DNA of 64,000 nucleotides. It comes from the human T2T-CHM13v2.0 reference genome, Homo sapiens. This document shows, one piece after another, positions 1-14,449 of this stretch. The notes beneath the pieces were generated by a model. The model worked only from the letters and a program-made list of their open reading frames with translations. It was not told the origin of the DNA and ran no database searches. The position numbers were made by a program, and so were the translations under genes. The stretch lies in the NCBI RefSeq assembly GCF_009914755.1, contig NC_060930.1; one strand, written 5' to 3'. Numbering within the stretch: the stretch's first letter is position 1; every line of letters starts with the position of its first letter.

Positions 1-1021
1 ATTGGAGAAGCACTCATCATTTCCTTTGAATTGTGGTTCTTTCAGATAAAATGCTAGCTGACCATCTTGAGCTGTGCACTTTTTAAAATTTGACTCATAA
101 AGACTTCAGTATTTATCTCAAAAAGATAATAACTATAGTTAAATTTTATGTTTTTAGATAATTTTAAACTCACATGCAGTTGTAAAAATATAATACAGAA
201 AAAGTCCATATCCCATACCCCATACAATTGGAGAGATACTGGGATTTTTCCAGTATCTCTCCAACTGTAATGTCTGCCACTGTTACAGAACAATATCCCC
301 AGTCAGAATATTGACCTTGGTACAGTCAAAAGATAGAACATTTCCATCATCACAAAGATCCCTCATGTCACCGTTCTTTAGTCACACCCCCTTACATGCT
401 ACCTATCCTCTTTTTAACCTCTGATTTGTCCTTCATTTCTATAATTTGGTTATTTCTAAAATATTATAAAAATGGAATAATACAATGTATGTTTTATGTT
501 GCTTTTAACCAAGCAGTATAATTCTCTGAAGATACATTTGATTTTCTGTTTGCATAATTTTTACTCTTTTTCATTGCTGAGTAGTATTTCACAGCATTGA
601 TATACCATGGCTTATTTATATATTTACCCTTTGAAGGACATGGGTTAATATTAGTTTATGGTATTATGAATAAAACTGTTATGAATACTTGTGTGAAATA
701 TTTTTGTGAAGATAAGTTTTCATTCTACTGGGACAAATGCCTAGGAGTACATACAATTGCTGGGTTGTGTGGCTTTTGTATGTTAAATTATTTCCAGAGT
801 GACTATACCATTTTTTATTTTTACCAGCAATTATGAGTGATCCAGTTTCTCCACATCCATGCCAGCATTTGGTATTGCCACTATATTTTATTTTAGTCAC
901 TGTAATTTTGATTTATATTTCCCTAATGGCTAATGATGTTGAACCTCTTTTTATATGTTTGTTCACTATCTGTATATCTTTAGTGACATTTGTCTCCACT
1001 TTTTTTGTCTTAATTGGACAG

Positions 1022-1335
1022 TGATATGGCTTGGCTGTGTCCCCGCCCAAATATCATCTTGAATTGTAGTTCCCATAATCCCCATGTGTCATAGGAGGGA
1101 CTCAGTGGGAGGCAATTGAATCATAGGGGTGCTGGCATTATAAGGGGCTTTTCCCCTTTTGCTCGGCTCCCACTCTCTCTCCTGGGACCCTATGAAAAGC
1201 TGCCTTCCTCCGTGATTGTAAGTTTCCTGAGGCCTCCCCAGCCATGCAGAACTGTGAGTCAATTAAATCTCTTTTCTTTTTAAATTATCCAGTCTCTGGC
1301 ATTTCTTCATAGCAATGTCAGAATGGACTAACATA
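1022..1335 (+). mobile_element. THE1C/D-type MaLR solo LTR with an internal deletion
   Basis: Starts 'tgatatggcttggctgtgtcccc', ends 'gaatggactaacata'. Flanks gacag (1017-1021) and aacag (1336-1340) form a near-perfect 5-bp TSD. Confidence 0.9.
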
Positions 1336-1471
1336 AACAGTTTCCTTTTTATTTTACTATTGTATTTTGATTTACTATTGTGCTTGTGTTTTTAGGATAG
1401 ACACTAAACCTTTGTCAGATATATGGTTTGAAAATATTTCATCTCAGTCTGTCGCTTGTCATTATATCCCC

Positions 1472-1916
1472 TGTGATGGTTAATACTGAGTGTCAACTGG
1501 ATTGGATTGAAGGATACAAAGTATTGATGTTGTGTGTGTCTATGAGGGTGTTGCCAAAAGAGATTAACATTTGAGTCAGTGGGCTGGGGAAGGCAGATCC
1601 ACCCTTAATCTGGTGGGCACAATCTAATCAGCTGCCAGCAAATATAAAGCAGGCAGAAAAATGTGAGAAGGACAGATGGGCCTAACCTACCAGCCCACAT
1701 CTTTCTCCCGTGCTGGATGCCTCTTGCCCTAGAACATCCGACTGCAGGTTCTTCAGTTTTGGGTCTTCTCTCCTTGCTCGTCAGCATGCAGACAGCCTAT
1801 GTGGGACCTTGTGATCATGTAAGTTAATACTTAATAAACTATATATATATAGAGAGACAGAGAGAGAGAGAAAGAGAGAGTGTGTTTATTAGAGTTTATA
1901 TATATGCTTATTATAA

Positions 1917-1996
<80 letters not shown>

Positions 1997-2033
1997 CCTA
2001 TTAGTTCTGTTCCTCTAACAGAACTCTAATACA
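1472..2033 (+). mobile_element. MLT2A2-type (HERV-L) LTR serving as 5' LTR of a chimeric element
   Basis: Starts 'tgtgatggttaatactgagtgtcaact..gattggattgaaggatacaaagtattg', ends 'ctaataca'. AATAAA at ~1833 is followed by an expanded microsatellite. Confidence 0.92.
1840..1993. repeat. Compound (TA)n(GA)n microsatellite inside the MLT2A2 LTR
   Basis: Directly visible TA and GA runs, in two blocks. Confidence 0.97.
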
Positions 2034-3602
2034 GAAATTGGTAACAGTAGAGTGGGGCATTGCTGAAAAGATACCTGAAAATGTGAATGTGACTTTGGAA
2101 CTGGATAACAGCCAGAGGTTGGAACAGTTTGAAGGGCTTAGAAAAAGACAGGAAAATGTGGGAAAGTTTGGAACTTGCTAGAGAATCGTTGAATGGATTT
2201 ACCCAAAATGTTGACAGTGATATTGACAATAAAATTCAGATGGAGGTGATCTCAGATGGAGATGAGGAACTTGTTGGAAGCTGGAACAAAGGTGACTCTT
2301 GTCATGTTTTAGCAAAGAGACTGGCAGCATTTTGCCCCTGCCCTAGAGATTTGTAGAACTTTGAACTTGAGAGAGATTATTTAGGGTATCTGGCAGAAGA
2401 AATTTCTAAGCAGTGAAGCATTCAAGAGGTAACTTGGGTGCTGTTAAAGGCATTCAGTTTTATAAGAGAAGCAGAGCATAAGTGTTTGGAAAATTTGCAG
2501 CCTGACTATATGATAGAAAAGAAAAAACATTTTCTGGGGAGAAATTCAAGCTGGCTGCAGAAATTTGCATAAGTAGCAAGGAGCCTAATGTTAATCCCCA
2601 AGACCATGAATAAAATGTCTCCAGGTCACGTCAGAGAACTTCTTGGCAGCCCCTCCCATCACAGGCCCAGAGGTCCAGAAGGAAAATAATGGTTTTGTGG
2701 GCTGGGCCCCGGGTCCTCACACTGTGTGCAGTCTAGGGACTTGGTGCCCTATGTCCCAGTTGCTCCAGCTGTGGCTGAAAGGGGCCAGTGTACAGCTTAG
2801 GCTGTGGCTTCAGAGGGTGGGAGCACCATGCCTTGGCAGCTTCCACGTGGTATTGAGCATGTGGGTGCAAGGAAGTCAAGAATTGAGGTTTGAGAACCTC
2901 TGCCTAGATTTCAGAAGATGCACGGAAACACCTGGATGCCCATGCAGAAGTTTGATGCAGGGGTGGGGCCCTCATGGAGAACCTCTTCTAGGGCAGTGCA
3001 AAAGAGAAATTTGGGGTCGGAGCATCCACATAGAGTCCCTACTGGGGTGCTACCTAGTGGAACTGAGAAGAGGGCTACCCTCCTCCAGACCTCAGAATGG
3101 TAGATCCACCTACAGCTTGCACTGTGCACCTGGAAAAGCCACAGACACACAACACCAGCCCATCAAAGCAACCAGGAGGGCGACTGTACCCTGCAAAGCC
3201 ACAGGAGTGGATTTGCCCAAGACCATGGAAACCCACCTCTAACATCAGTGTGACCTGGATGTGAGACTAGGAGTCAAAGGAGATGATTTTGGCACTTTAA
3301 AATTTGACTGCCCTGCTGGATTTTGGACTTGCATAGGACCTTTAACCCCTTTGTTTTGGCCAATTTCTCCCATATGGAAAGGCTGTATTTACCCAATACC
3401 TGTACTGCACTAGGAAGTAACTAGCTTGCTTTTGATTTTACAGGCTCATAGGCAGAAGGAACTTGCCTTGTCTCAGATGAGACTTTGGACTGTGGACTTT
3501 CAGGTTAATGTTGAAATGAGTAAAGAATTTGGGGGACTGTTGGGAAGGCATGATTGGTTTTGAAATGTGAAGACATGAGATATGGAGGGGCCAGGGGCAG
3601 AA
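2034..3602 (+). mobile_element. THE1A internal region (THE1-int, ~1.57 kb)
   Basis: PBS-like 'tggtaacagtagagtgggg' at 2039. The degenerate MaLR internal ORF appears as 2129-2356 (…KMWESLEL…GDEELVGSWNKGDSC…KRLAAFCPCPRDL). Polypurine tract 'ggaggggccaggggcagaa' lies immediately before 3603. Confidence 0.93.
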
Positions 3603-3946
3603 TGATATGGTTTGGCTGTGTCCCCACTGAAATCTCAACCTGAATTGTATCTCCCAGGATTCCTATGTGATGTGGAGGGACCCAGGGGGAGGTAATTGAA
3701 TCATGGGAGCCAGTCTTTCCCATGCTATTCTTGTGATAGTGAATAAATCTCATGAGATTTGATGGTTTTGTCAGAGGTTTTCGCTTTTGTTTCTTCCCAT
3801 TTACTCTTGCCGCAACCATGTAAGAAGAGCCTTTCACCTCCTGCCATGATTCTGAGGCCTTGCCAGCCATGTGGAACTGTAAGTCCAGTTAAACCTTTTT
3901 TTTTGTTCTCAGTTTCAGGTATGTCTTTATCAGGAGTATGAAAACA
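3603..3946 (+). mobile_element. THE1A LTR (3' LTR of the chimeric element)
   Basis: 'tgatatggtttggctgtgtcccc…ctcaacctgaattgtatctccc…ttttcgcttttg…gattctgaggcc…ctgtaagtcca' match THE1A diagnostics as I recall them. The terminus is shortened to 'gaaaaca'. Confidence 0.9.
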
Positions 3947-5016
3947 TCCTCTTAAAAGTATATTCACGAGCAAATATTTGTAAATTTTATGAAGTCCAGT
4001 TTTTTATTTCTCTTTTTATGGATTATGCTTTAAATATCAAGTCCTGATAACTTTTTATATTGTCCTAGGCCCAGAGGACTTTGTTCTGTATTCTTTTTCC
4101 AAAAGTCTTATTTAAAGTCCAAGATCTATTTTTAGTTAAATTTTATTTAAGGCATGAAATTCAGGTCAACATACTTTGTCTTTCTACTTGTGTTGAATTA
4201 CTCCTATACTATTTAATGAAAAGGCTATTGTTTTGTACCTTTGTCAATAATAGGCAAATTTGCATACTTATATGATTTTTCATTGATCTGTATCTCTAAC
4301 CCTCTACTGATACCACATAGTTTTGAGTATTGCAGCTATATAATGGCTTTTCAAAATTATTTAACTATTCTAGCTCCTTTGCCTTCCCATATAAATTACA
4401 GAATATCTTGTTTATATATATAAAATCATCTTACTGGAATGTTGATAGAAATTGCATTGACCTGCATATCATTTGGGGTAGAACTGAGATCTTTACTATG
4501 GGTGACTCAATCTGTGAACATAATGTGTCTCTACCTTTATTTAGATCTTCAGTGTGTTTTTTTTTTCCTTTGGTAGCTTTCAGCATGAGTCCTATCCATG
4601 ATTTATTAGATTGACACACAGGTCTTTCATTTTTTGAGCAATTTTAAATGGTATTATATTTTTAATTCTGGTTCCCATAGGTTCATTGCTAGTATATATA
4701 AAAACATTTTATTTTTTCTCATTCTCTTATTTCCTGTGATCTTCCTGAACATCTAACAGGGAATGTCCATGTAGGTAATCGTGTTTTCTGTAAATAAGAA
4801 CAATTTTTTCCTTTCTGATTTAAATAACGTTTATTTCTTTTTCTTGTCTTTTTGCACTTGCTAGAACTTACAATATTACGTTAAGTAAGAGTGTTAAAAG
4901 CAGGCATCTTTGCATTGTTCCCATCTTAGGAAGAAAACATTCAGTTTTTTACAATTCAGTATAATGTTACCTACATAATTTTCAGATGCTCTTCATCAAT
5001 TAAAAAAGTTCCCTTC

Positions 5017-5910
5017 TGTGTTATAATAGGAAATACATAATTGATTTCTGCTCTTGGTTCCTGAAACAGCACTCCTAAAATTCTTAAATTTCTTGCATGT
5101 TAGAGATAATAGTAATATCTTTTGCTATAATATTTGGTTTTGGTCCCTGGTTCCCAACACAAGAGTTCCTAAGACCTTTGATTCTCTGGAGTGATAAAGT
5201 CTTTTAATGTACGCTAATGAGATGACTGGTGGTTGGGGTCCTACATAGCTTCAAAACTGGGGCTGATTGCCAGAAAGACCAAGGTATGACTAGAGAGCTA
5301 GAACTTTTGGCATCAACCCTTGACCTTTTGGGAAAAGAGAGGCTGAAGATTGACTTAATCACCAATGGCCAATAATGTAATTACTCATGCTTAGGTAATA
5401 AAAGCCTCCATAACATTTCTAAACAATAAGATTTGGAGAGCTTTCATTTCCAAGGTTCTGGAAGAACAGCATACACAGAGAGAGGATAGAAGCACTATGC
5501 AGCCTTCCCTACCTGCCTGGCCCTGTGCGTTTCTTCTGTCTGGTTGTTCCTGGGTTGCATCCTTTATAATAAACTGTTAATAGTATGTAAAGTGTTTCTA
5601 TGAGTTCTGTGAAAAGTTATAGCAAATTATTTAATATGAAGAGGGGATTGTGGAAGCCCCCAAGTTGTAGCCAAGTCAAACAAAAATGGGGACCCAATAC
5701 TTGTGATTTGTGTCTGAAGTCATGGGCAGTCTATGAGACTAAGCCCTTTAACTTGTGGATTGGACATTAACTCCAAGTAGACAGCATCAGAATTGGATTG
5801 ACTTGTAGCACAGCCAATAGCTGTCCACAGAGAATTGGAGAATGTCTTGGTGTGGGGAAAAAAAGAACGCATTTGATATCAGAAGTGTGTGAGTATAGAA
5901 AAACAGGGTT
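5017..5910 (+). mobile_element. MER21B/C-type LTR inserted in the old L1
   Basis: Start 'tgtgttataataggaaatacata…ggttcctgaaacagcactcctaaaa', internal 'aatgagatgactggtggttggggtcc', end near 'tcagaagtgtgtgagtatagaaaaacag'. It interrupts L1 after 'aagttcccttc'. Confidence 0.8.
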
Positions 5911-8811
5911 AACTATTTTTCTGAAAGTCTTAATATGAACGTGTGTTGAATTTTGTCAAATGCTTTTTCTGTATCAATTGATATGCTTATGTGATATTTT
6001 TGGCCGTAGTCTGTATTTGATATTCATATAGTCATTCCCTTTTTTTGTTTAATGTTGACATGGTATATTTGTTTCCATCCTTTTACTTTAACCTACTGAT
6101 ATCATTATATTCAAAATGAGTTTCTTGTATATAGCACACAATTTTTTTAAGATTCACTCTGCCAGTGTGTTTTAATTGGTGTACTTAAACCATTTACATT
6201 TAATGTAATTATTATGTTAGGGCTTCAATCTGCCACTATTTTTTTGTTTTGTTTTTTGTTTGTTCTGCTTTTGTTTCTCTGTTCTTTATTCCTGCCTTCT
6301 GATAGGTTACATTAATATTTTCTTAGAATTATATTTTTGTTTACCTATGCAGTTTTTATGTATTTTTTTGCATAGGTTTTAGTGGCTGCTCTAGGTATGA
6401 CATTACATGTCCAAATCTTATAGTCCACTGATATAGTCATTTCACCAATTTGAGTGAAATATAGAAAGCTAAACTCCCTTTATGTCCCTTTACTTGCCTC
6501 TATTTATAATTGCCTTAATTTCTCCCTACATACATTCAGAATCACGTTAGACATTGTTCTAATTGTTTTTCAACTATCAATTCAGAAATTTCAAGGAAAA
6601 AAGTATCTATTGTATTTACCCATATTTTTTATTATTGTGTTCTTCTTTCCATCCCAATGTTTGAAAGTTCCTTCTTTTATCATTTCCTTTCCGTTTAGAG
6701 TACATCCTTTAGCCATTGTTTTAGGGTAGGTTTGCTATCTAATTTGCTTAGTTATCTTTCATTTAAAAATGACTTGGTTTCCCTTTCATTCCTAAATATT
6801 TTTTTCCTCCCTAAATATAGAATCCTGGGCTAACCTTTCTTTTCTTTCAGCGCTTGAAGAAAGTGCCACTTCCTTCTGGTACCACCTTGTTACTTCTAGG
6901 TAGAGATAGAAATCTAGGTTCCAAAGTCTACCTCTGTTGACACCTAAAGGAAGGAGTGGTTCCTTATTACTGTTGGCCAGAGCGGGAGTTCTGGCTTGCC
7001 ACCAGACTTCCACTGGCTGAGAGAGGTAATAGTGCCTTGTTACTATTCCCCACTTTGCTTCTACTAGTAGCACTAGAAGAAGAGTAGACGCTTTATACTT
7101 GGCAGTGGTAAAAGTCCTGTCCACTAGAATCCCTTGAACACCACCCCAGTGAGGAGAAGACGGGATACTTTATTACTTCCGGTGGGAAGAAGTGCAGATT
7201 CCCTGCATGGTCTCTACTGAAACGAGTGTGGAACAGGTAGGCTCATTATTTCTGTGCAAAGTTGATAGTCTAGGTTCCCTACTTGGCCTCCTCTAACACT
7301 ACATCAGCAGATAAATTAGGTTGCCTCATTGCCTCATTACAGCATGATGAGGGTAGAGATCTAGGCTCCCCTTTCAGTCTTTGCTGGAATGGGTGTGCTG
7401 GGGGACACAAATATTTTGTGTTATGAATTACAGTGGTTATTGTTGAAAAATTTTTATCATGCTAGGCTACTACTTTCCTGGTCCTTTGGTAAAAGAGAGC
7501 AGGCTTTTATTGGGGCTTTTGTTTTTATTTTTAGGTGGGGGAATCTATGCTTGTCGCCATTTCCAGGTTATCTGCTTGTTCATTTTCAAGTCTTAGGTAT
7601 AGGAAGCAAAATTTACTACCTTGTTATTTCTTAGGTTTAAAGTCCTTAGAGAGTCTGTTCTCTTCATCTTTTAGAGTTTTCTATATTACATATAATGTCA
7701 AGGAACTTTATTTTATCTAGCAGGAGGAATAGGGAAAAGTATGTTCACTCTATCTTCCCAGAACAGGAACTCAAGCCAATTTTTGTAACAACATTACCAT
7801 TAGAACACAAAAAACATCCAAAGGTAATTTTACGATATTTTGATTTTTTCAAAGTAACTTTTTCCAAATGGTTTCAAAAATGACAAAATGATTTGCTTAA
7901 AAAGGAATATTAGTTCAATATACTGCACTTGATTTATATCACTGTTGAACCTCTCAATCTGTAATAGTCTTCTTTATATTTTCATATCTTGGATTTATTA
8001 AAGACACTTATTCTGAAAAATTTTTATATGATTTGTGATGTCATTAAATATGTTTCTCTGCTCCTTTTTTCTTGCAAATTGATACTTAGATCTAGAGGTA
8101 TCTGCGGGGATATTTCTTTCTAGAGTCTTTGAGGCAAGCATCAATTTCCCCACCCATTTCAGCTCTTAATTGTTGCATTCCTCGGCCTGTACCTCTTATT
8201 TCAAAAAGTGTCACTTCAAACTGTGCTTTCATGATCACATCATTTTTTCAACAGTCTGACCATCCTGAGTACCTTATATACATACTATTATTTAACTTTT
8301 GACTTCATCATTCAATCTTATTTCTAAAAAAATTTAATAGTTACTGCTAATCCTTAAATTGTAGCTACTCAATATATATGTTGCCAGCTCATTTTCTTTT
8401 ATATTCCACAGAAAGAGTAAAAGGAAATAATGTCTCTAAATTCATGCTCATAACTGCCGTCTGTGGCCTCATAACTGCTGTCTGTTGCCTCTGAATTCAT
8501 GCTCATAACTGCTGCCTCTGACTTGAAATTTAGTTACTCTGGATATTAAAATTTAACTCACATTATTTCCTTAAGATACATGTTATAATCTGTCAAAAAT
8601 AATTTTTTTTATTATACTATAAGTTTTAGGGTACATGTGCACAACATGCAGGTTACATATGTATACATGTGCCATGTGGGTGTGCTGCACCCATTAACTC
8701 GTCATTTAACATTAGGTATATCTCCTAATGCTATCCCTCCCTCCTCCCCTCACCCCACAACAGGACCCAGTGTGTGATGTTCCCCTTCATGTGTCCATGT
8801 GTTCTCATTGT

Positions 8812-12612
<3,801 letters not shown>

Positions 12613-12639
12613 TATAATGTTAACTGGTTATTTTGCTCA

Positions 12640-13691
12640 TTAGTTGATGCAGTTTCTTCCTAGCCTCTGTGGTCTGTACAGTTTGGCATGATTTTGCAGT
12701 GGCTGGTACTGGTTGTTCCTTTCCATGTTTAGTGCTTCCTTCAGGAGATCTTGTAGGGCAGGCCTGGTGGTGACAAAATCTCTCAGCATTTGCTTGTCTG
12801 TAAAGGATTTTATTTCTCCTTCAATTATGAAGTTTAGCTTGGCTGGATATGAAATTCTGGGTTGAAAATTCTTTTCTTTAAGAATGTTGAATATTGGCCC
12901 CCACTCTCTTCCGGCTTGTGGAGTTTCTGCTGAGAGACCAGCTGTTAGTCTGATGGGCTTCCCTTTGTGGGTAACCTGACCTTTCTCTCTGGCTGCCCTT
13001 AACATTTTTTCCTTCATTTCAACTTTGGTGAATCTGACAATTATGTGTCTTGGAGTTGCTCTTCTTGAGGAGTATCTTTGTGGGGTTCTCTGTATTTCCT
13101 GAATTTGAATGTTGGCCCGTCTTGCTAGATTGGGGAAATTCTCCTGGATAATATCCTGCAGAGTGTTTTCCAATTTGGTTCCATTCTCCCCATCACTTTC
13201 AGGTACACCAATCAGACGTAGATTTGGTCTTTTCACATAGTTCCATATTTCTTGGAGGCTTTGTTCATTTCTTTTTATTCTTTTTTCTCTAAACTTCTCT
13301 TCTCACTTCATTTCATTCATTTGATCTTCCATCACTGATACCCTTTCTTCCAGTTGATCAAATCAGCTACTGAGGCTTCTGCATTCATCACCTAGTTCTT
13401 GTGCCTTGGTTTTCAGCTCCATCAGGTCCTTTAAGGACTTCTCTGCATTAGTTACTCTAGTTAGCCATTTGTCTAATTTTTTTCAAGGTTTTTAACTTCT
13501 TTGCCATGGGTTCGAACTTCCTCCTTTAGCTCGGAGTAGTTTGATCATCTGAAGCCTTCTTCTCTTAACTCATCAAAGTCATTCTCCTTCCAGCCTTGTT
13601 CCATTGCTGGTGCAGAGCTGCATTCCTTTGGAGGGGGAGAGGCGCTCTGATTTTTAGAGTTTCCAGTTTTTCTGCTCTGTTTTTTCCCCAT
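12640..13691 (-). pseudogene. L1 ORF1 (RNA-binding chaperone), disrupted
   Basis: ATG at 13691. An in-frame TGA (ATG AAG TGA, ~13303) interrupts the coiled coil. The RRM/CTD half is open as 12640-13236 (KRPNLRLIGVPE…YPAKL). The normal TAA is mutated, so this frame reads through to 12640. Confidence 0.93.
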
Positions 13692-14266
13692 CTTTGTGGT
13701 TTTATCTACCTTTGGTCTTTGATGATGGTGATATACAGACGGGGTTTTGGTGTGGATGTCCTTTCTGTTTGTTAGTTTTCCTTCTAACAGTCAGGACCCT
13801 CAACTGCAGGTCTGTTGGAGTTTGCTGGAGGTCCACTCCAGACCGTGTTTGCCTGGGTTATCAGCAGCGGAGGCTGCAGAACAGCGAATATTGGTGAGCA
13901 GCAAATGTTGCTGCCTGATCCTTCCTCTGGAAGTTTTGTCTCAGAGGAGTCCCTGGCCATGTGAGGTGTCAGTCTGCCCCTACTAGAGGGTACCTCCCAG
14001 TTAAGCTACTTGGGGGTCAGGGACCCACTTGAGAAGGCAGTCTGTCTGTTCTCAGATTTCCAGCTGCGTGCTGGGGAACCACTCTTCTCTTCAAAACTGT
14101 CAGACAGGGACATTTAAGTCTGCAGAGGATTCTGTTGCCTTTTGTTTGTCTATGCCCTGCCCCCAGAGGTGGAGTCTACAGAGGCAGGCAGGCCTCCTTG
14201 AGCTGTGGTGGGCTTCACCCAGTTCGAGCTTCCCAGCCACTTTGTTTACCTACTCAAGCCTTGGCA

Positions 14267-14449
14267 ATGGCGGGCGCCCCTCCCCAAGCATGGATGCTGC
14301 CTTGCAGTTTGATCTCAGACTGCTGTGCTAGCAAAGAGCTGGGCTCCATGGGCATGGGACCCTCTGAGCCAGGCGCAGGATATAATCTCCTGGTGTGCCG
14401 TTTGCTAAGACCGTTGGAAAAGTGCAGTATTAGGGTTGGAGTGACCTGA
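14267..14449 (+). CDS. L1 ORF0 (antisense-promoter ORF), 60 aa, C-terminally truncated
   Basis: MAGAPPQAWMLPCSLISDCCAS…GPSEPGAGYNLLV…IRVGVT* from the ATG in 'gcaATGg'. It matches the primate L1 ORF0 pattern and ends at a CGA>TGA change. Expression is unknown. Confidence 0.7.
   Translation: MAGAPPQAWMLPCSLISDCCASKELGSMGMGPSEPGAGYNLLVCRLLRPLEKCSIRVGVT

Larger units (their letters stand above)
110..7800 (-). mobile_element. Old, fragmented L1M (L1MC-like) LINE; host for the nested LTR insertions at 1022, 1472 and 5017
   Basis: Antisense L1 3' end and ORF2-like sequence (e.g. 'gatccagtttctccacatccatgccagcatttggtatt' ~839, 'ttgaattttgtcaaatgctttttctg' ~5946, 'tttccatccttttacttt' ~6072). The L1 sequence resumes in register after each nested LTR. 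Outer limits are approximate. Confidence 0.75.

Noticed and set aside
2643-3242. 199-aa ORF as a novel gene
   Set aside because: It lies wholly inside THE1-int, starts at a non-ATG codon and has no recognisable domain.
1022-3946. THE1 LTR at 1022 as the missing 5' LTR of the THE1-int at 2034
   Set aside because: It is a different THE1 subtype with its own TSD, separated from the MLT2A2 by ~135 bp of host L1.
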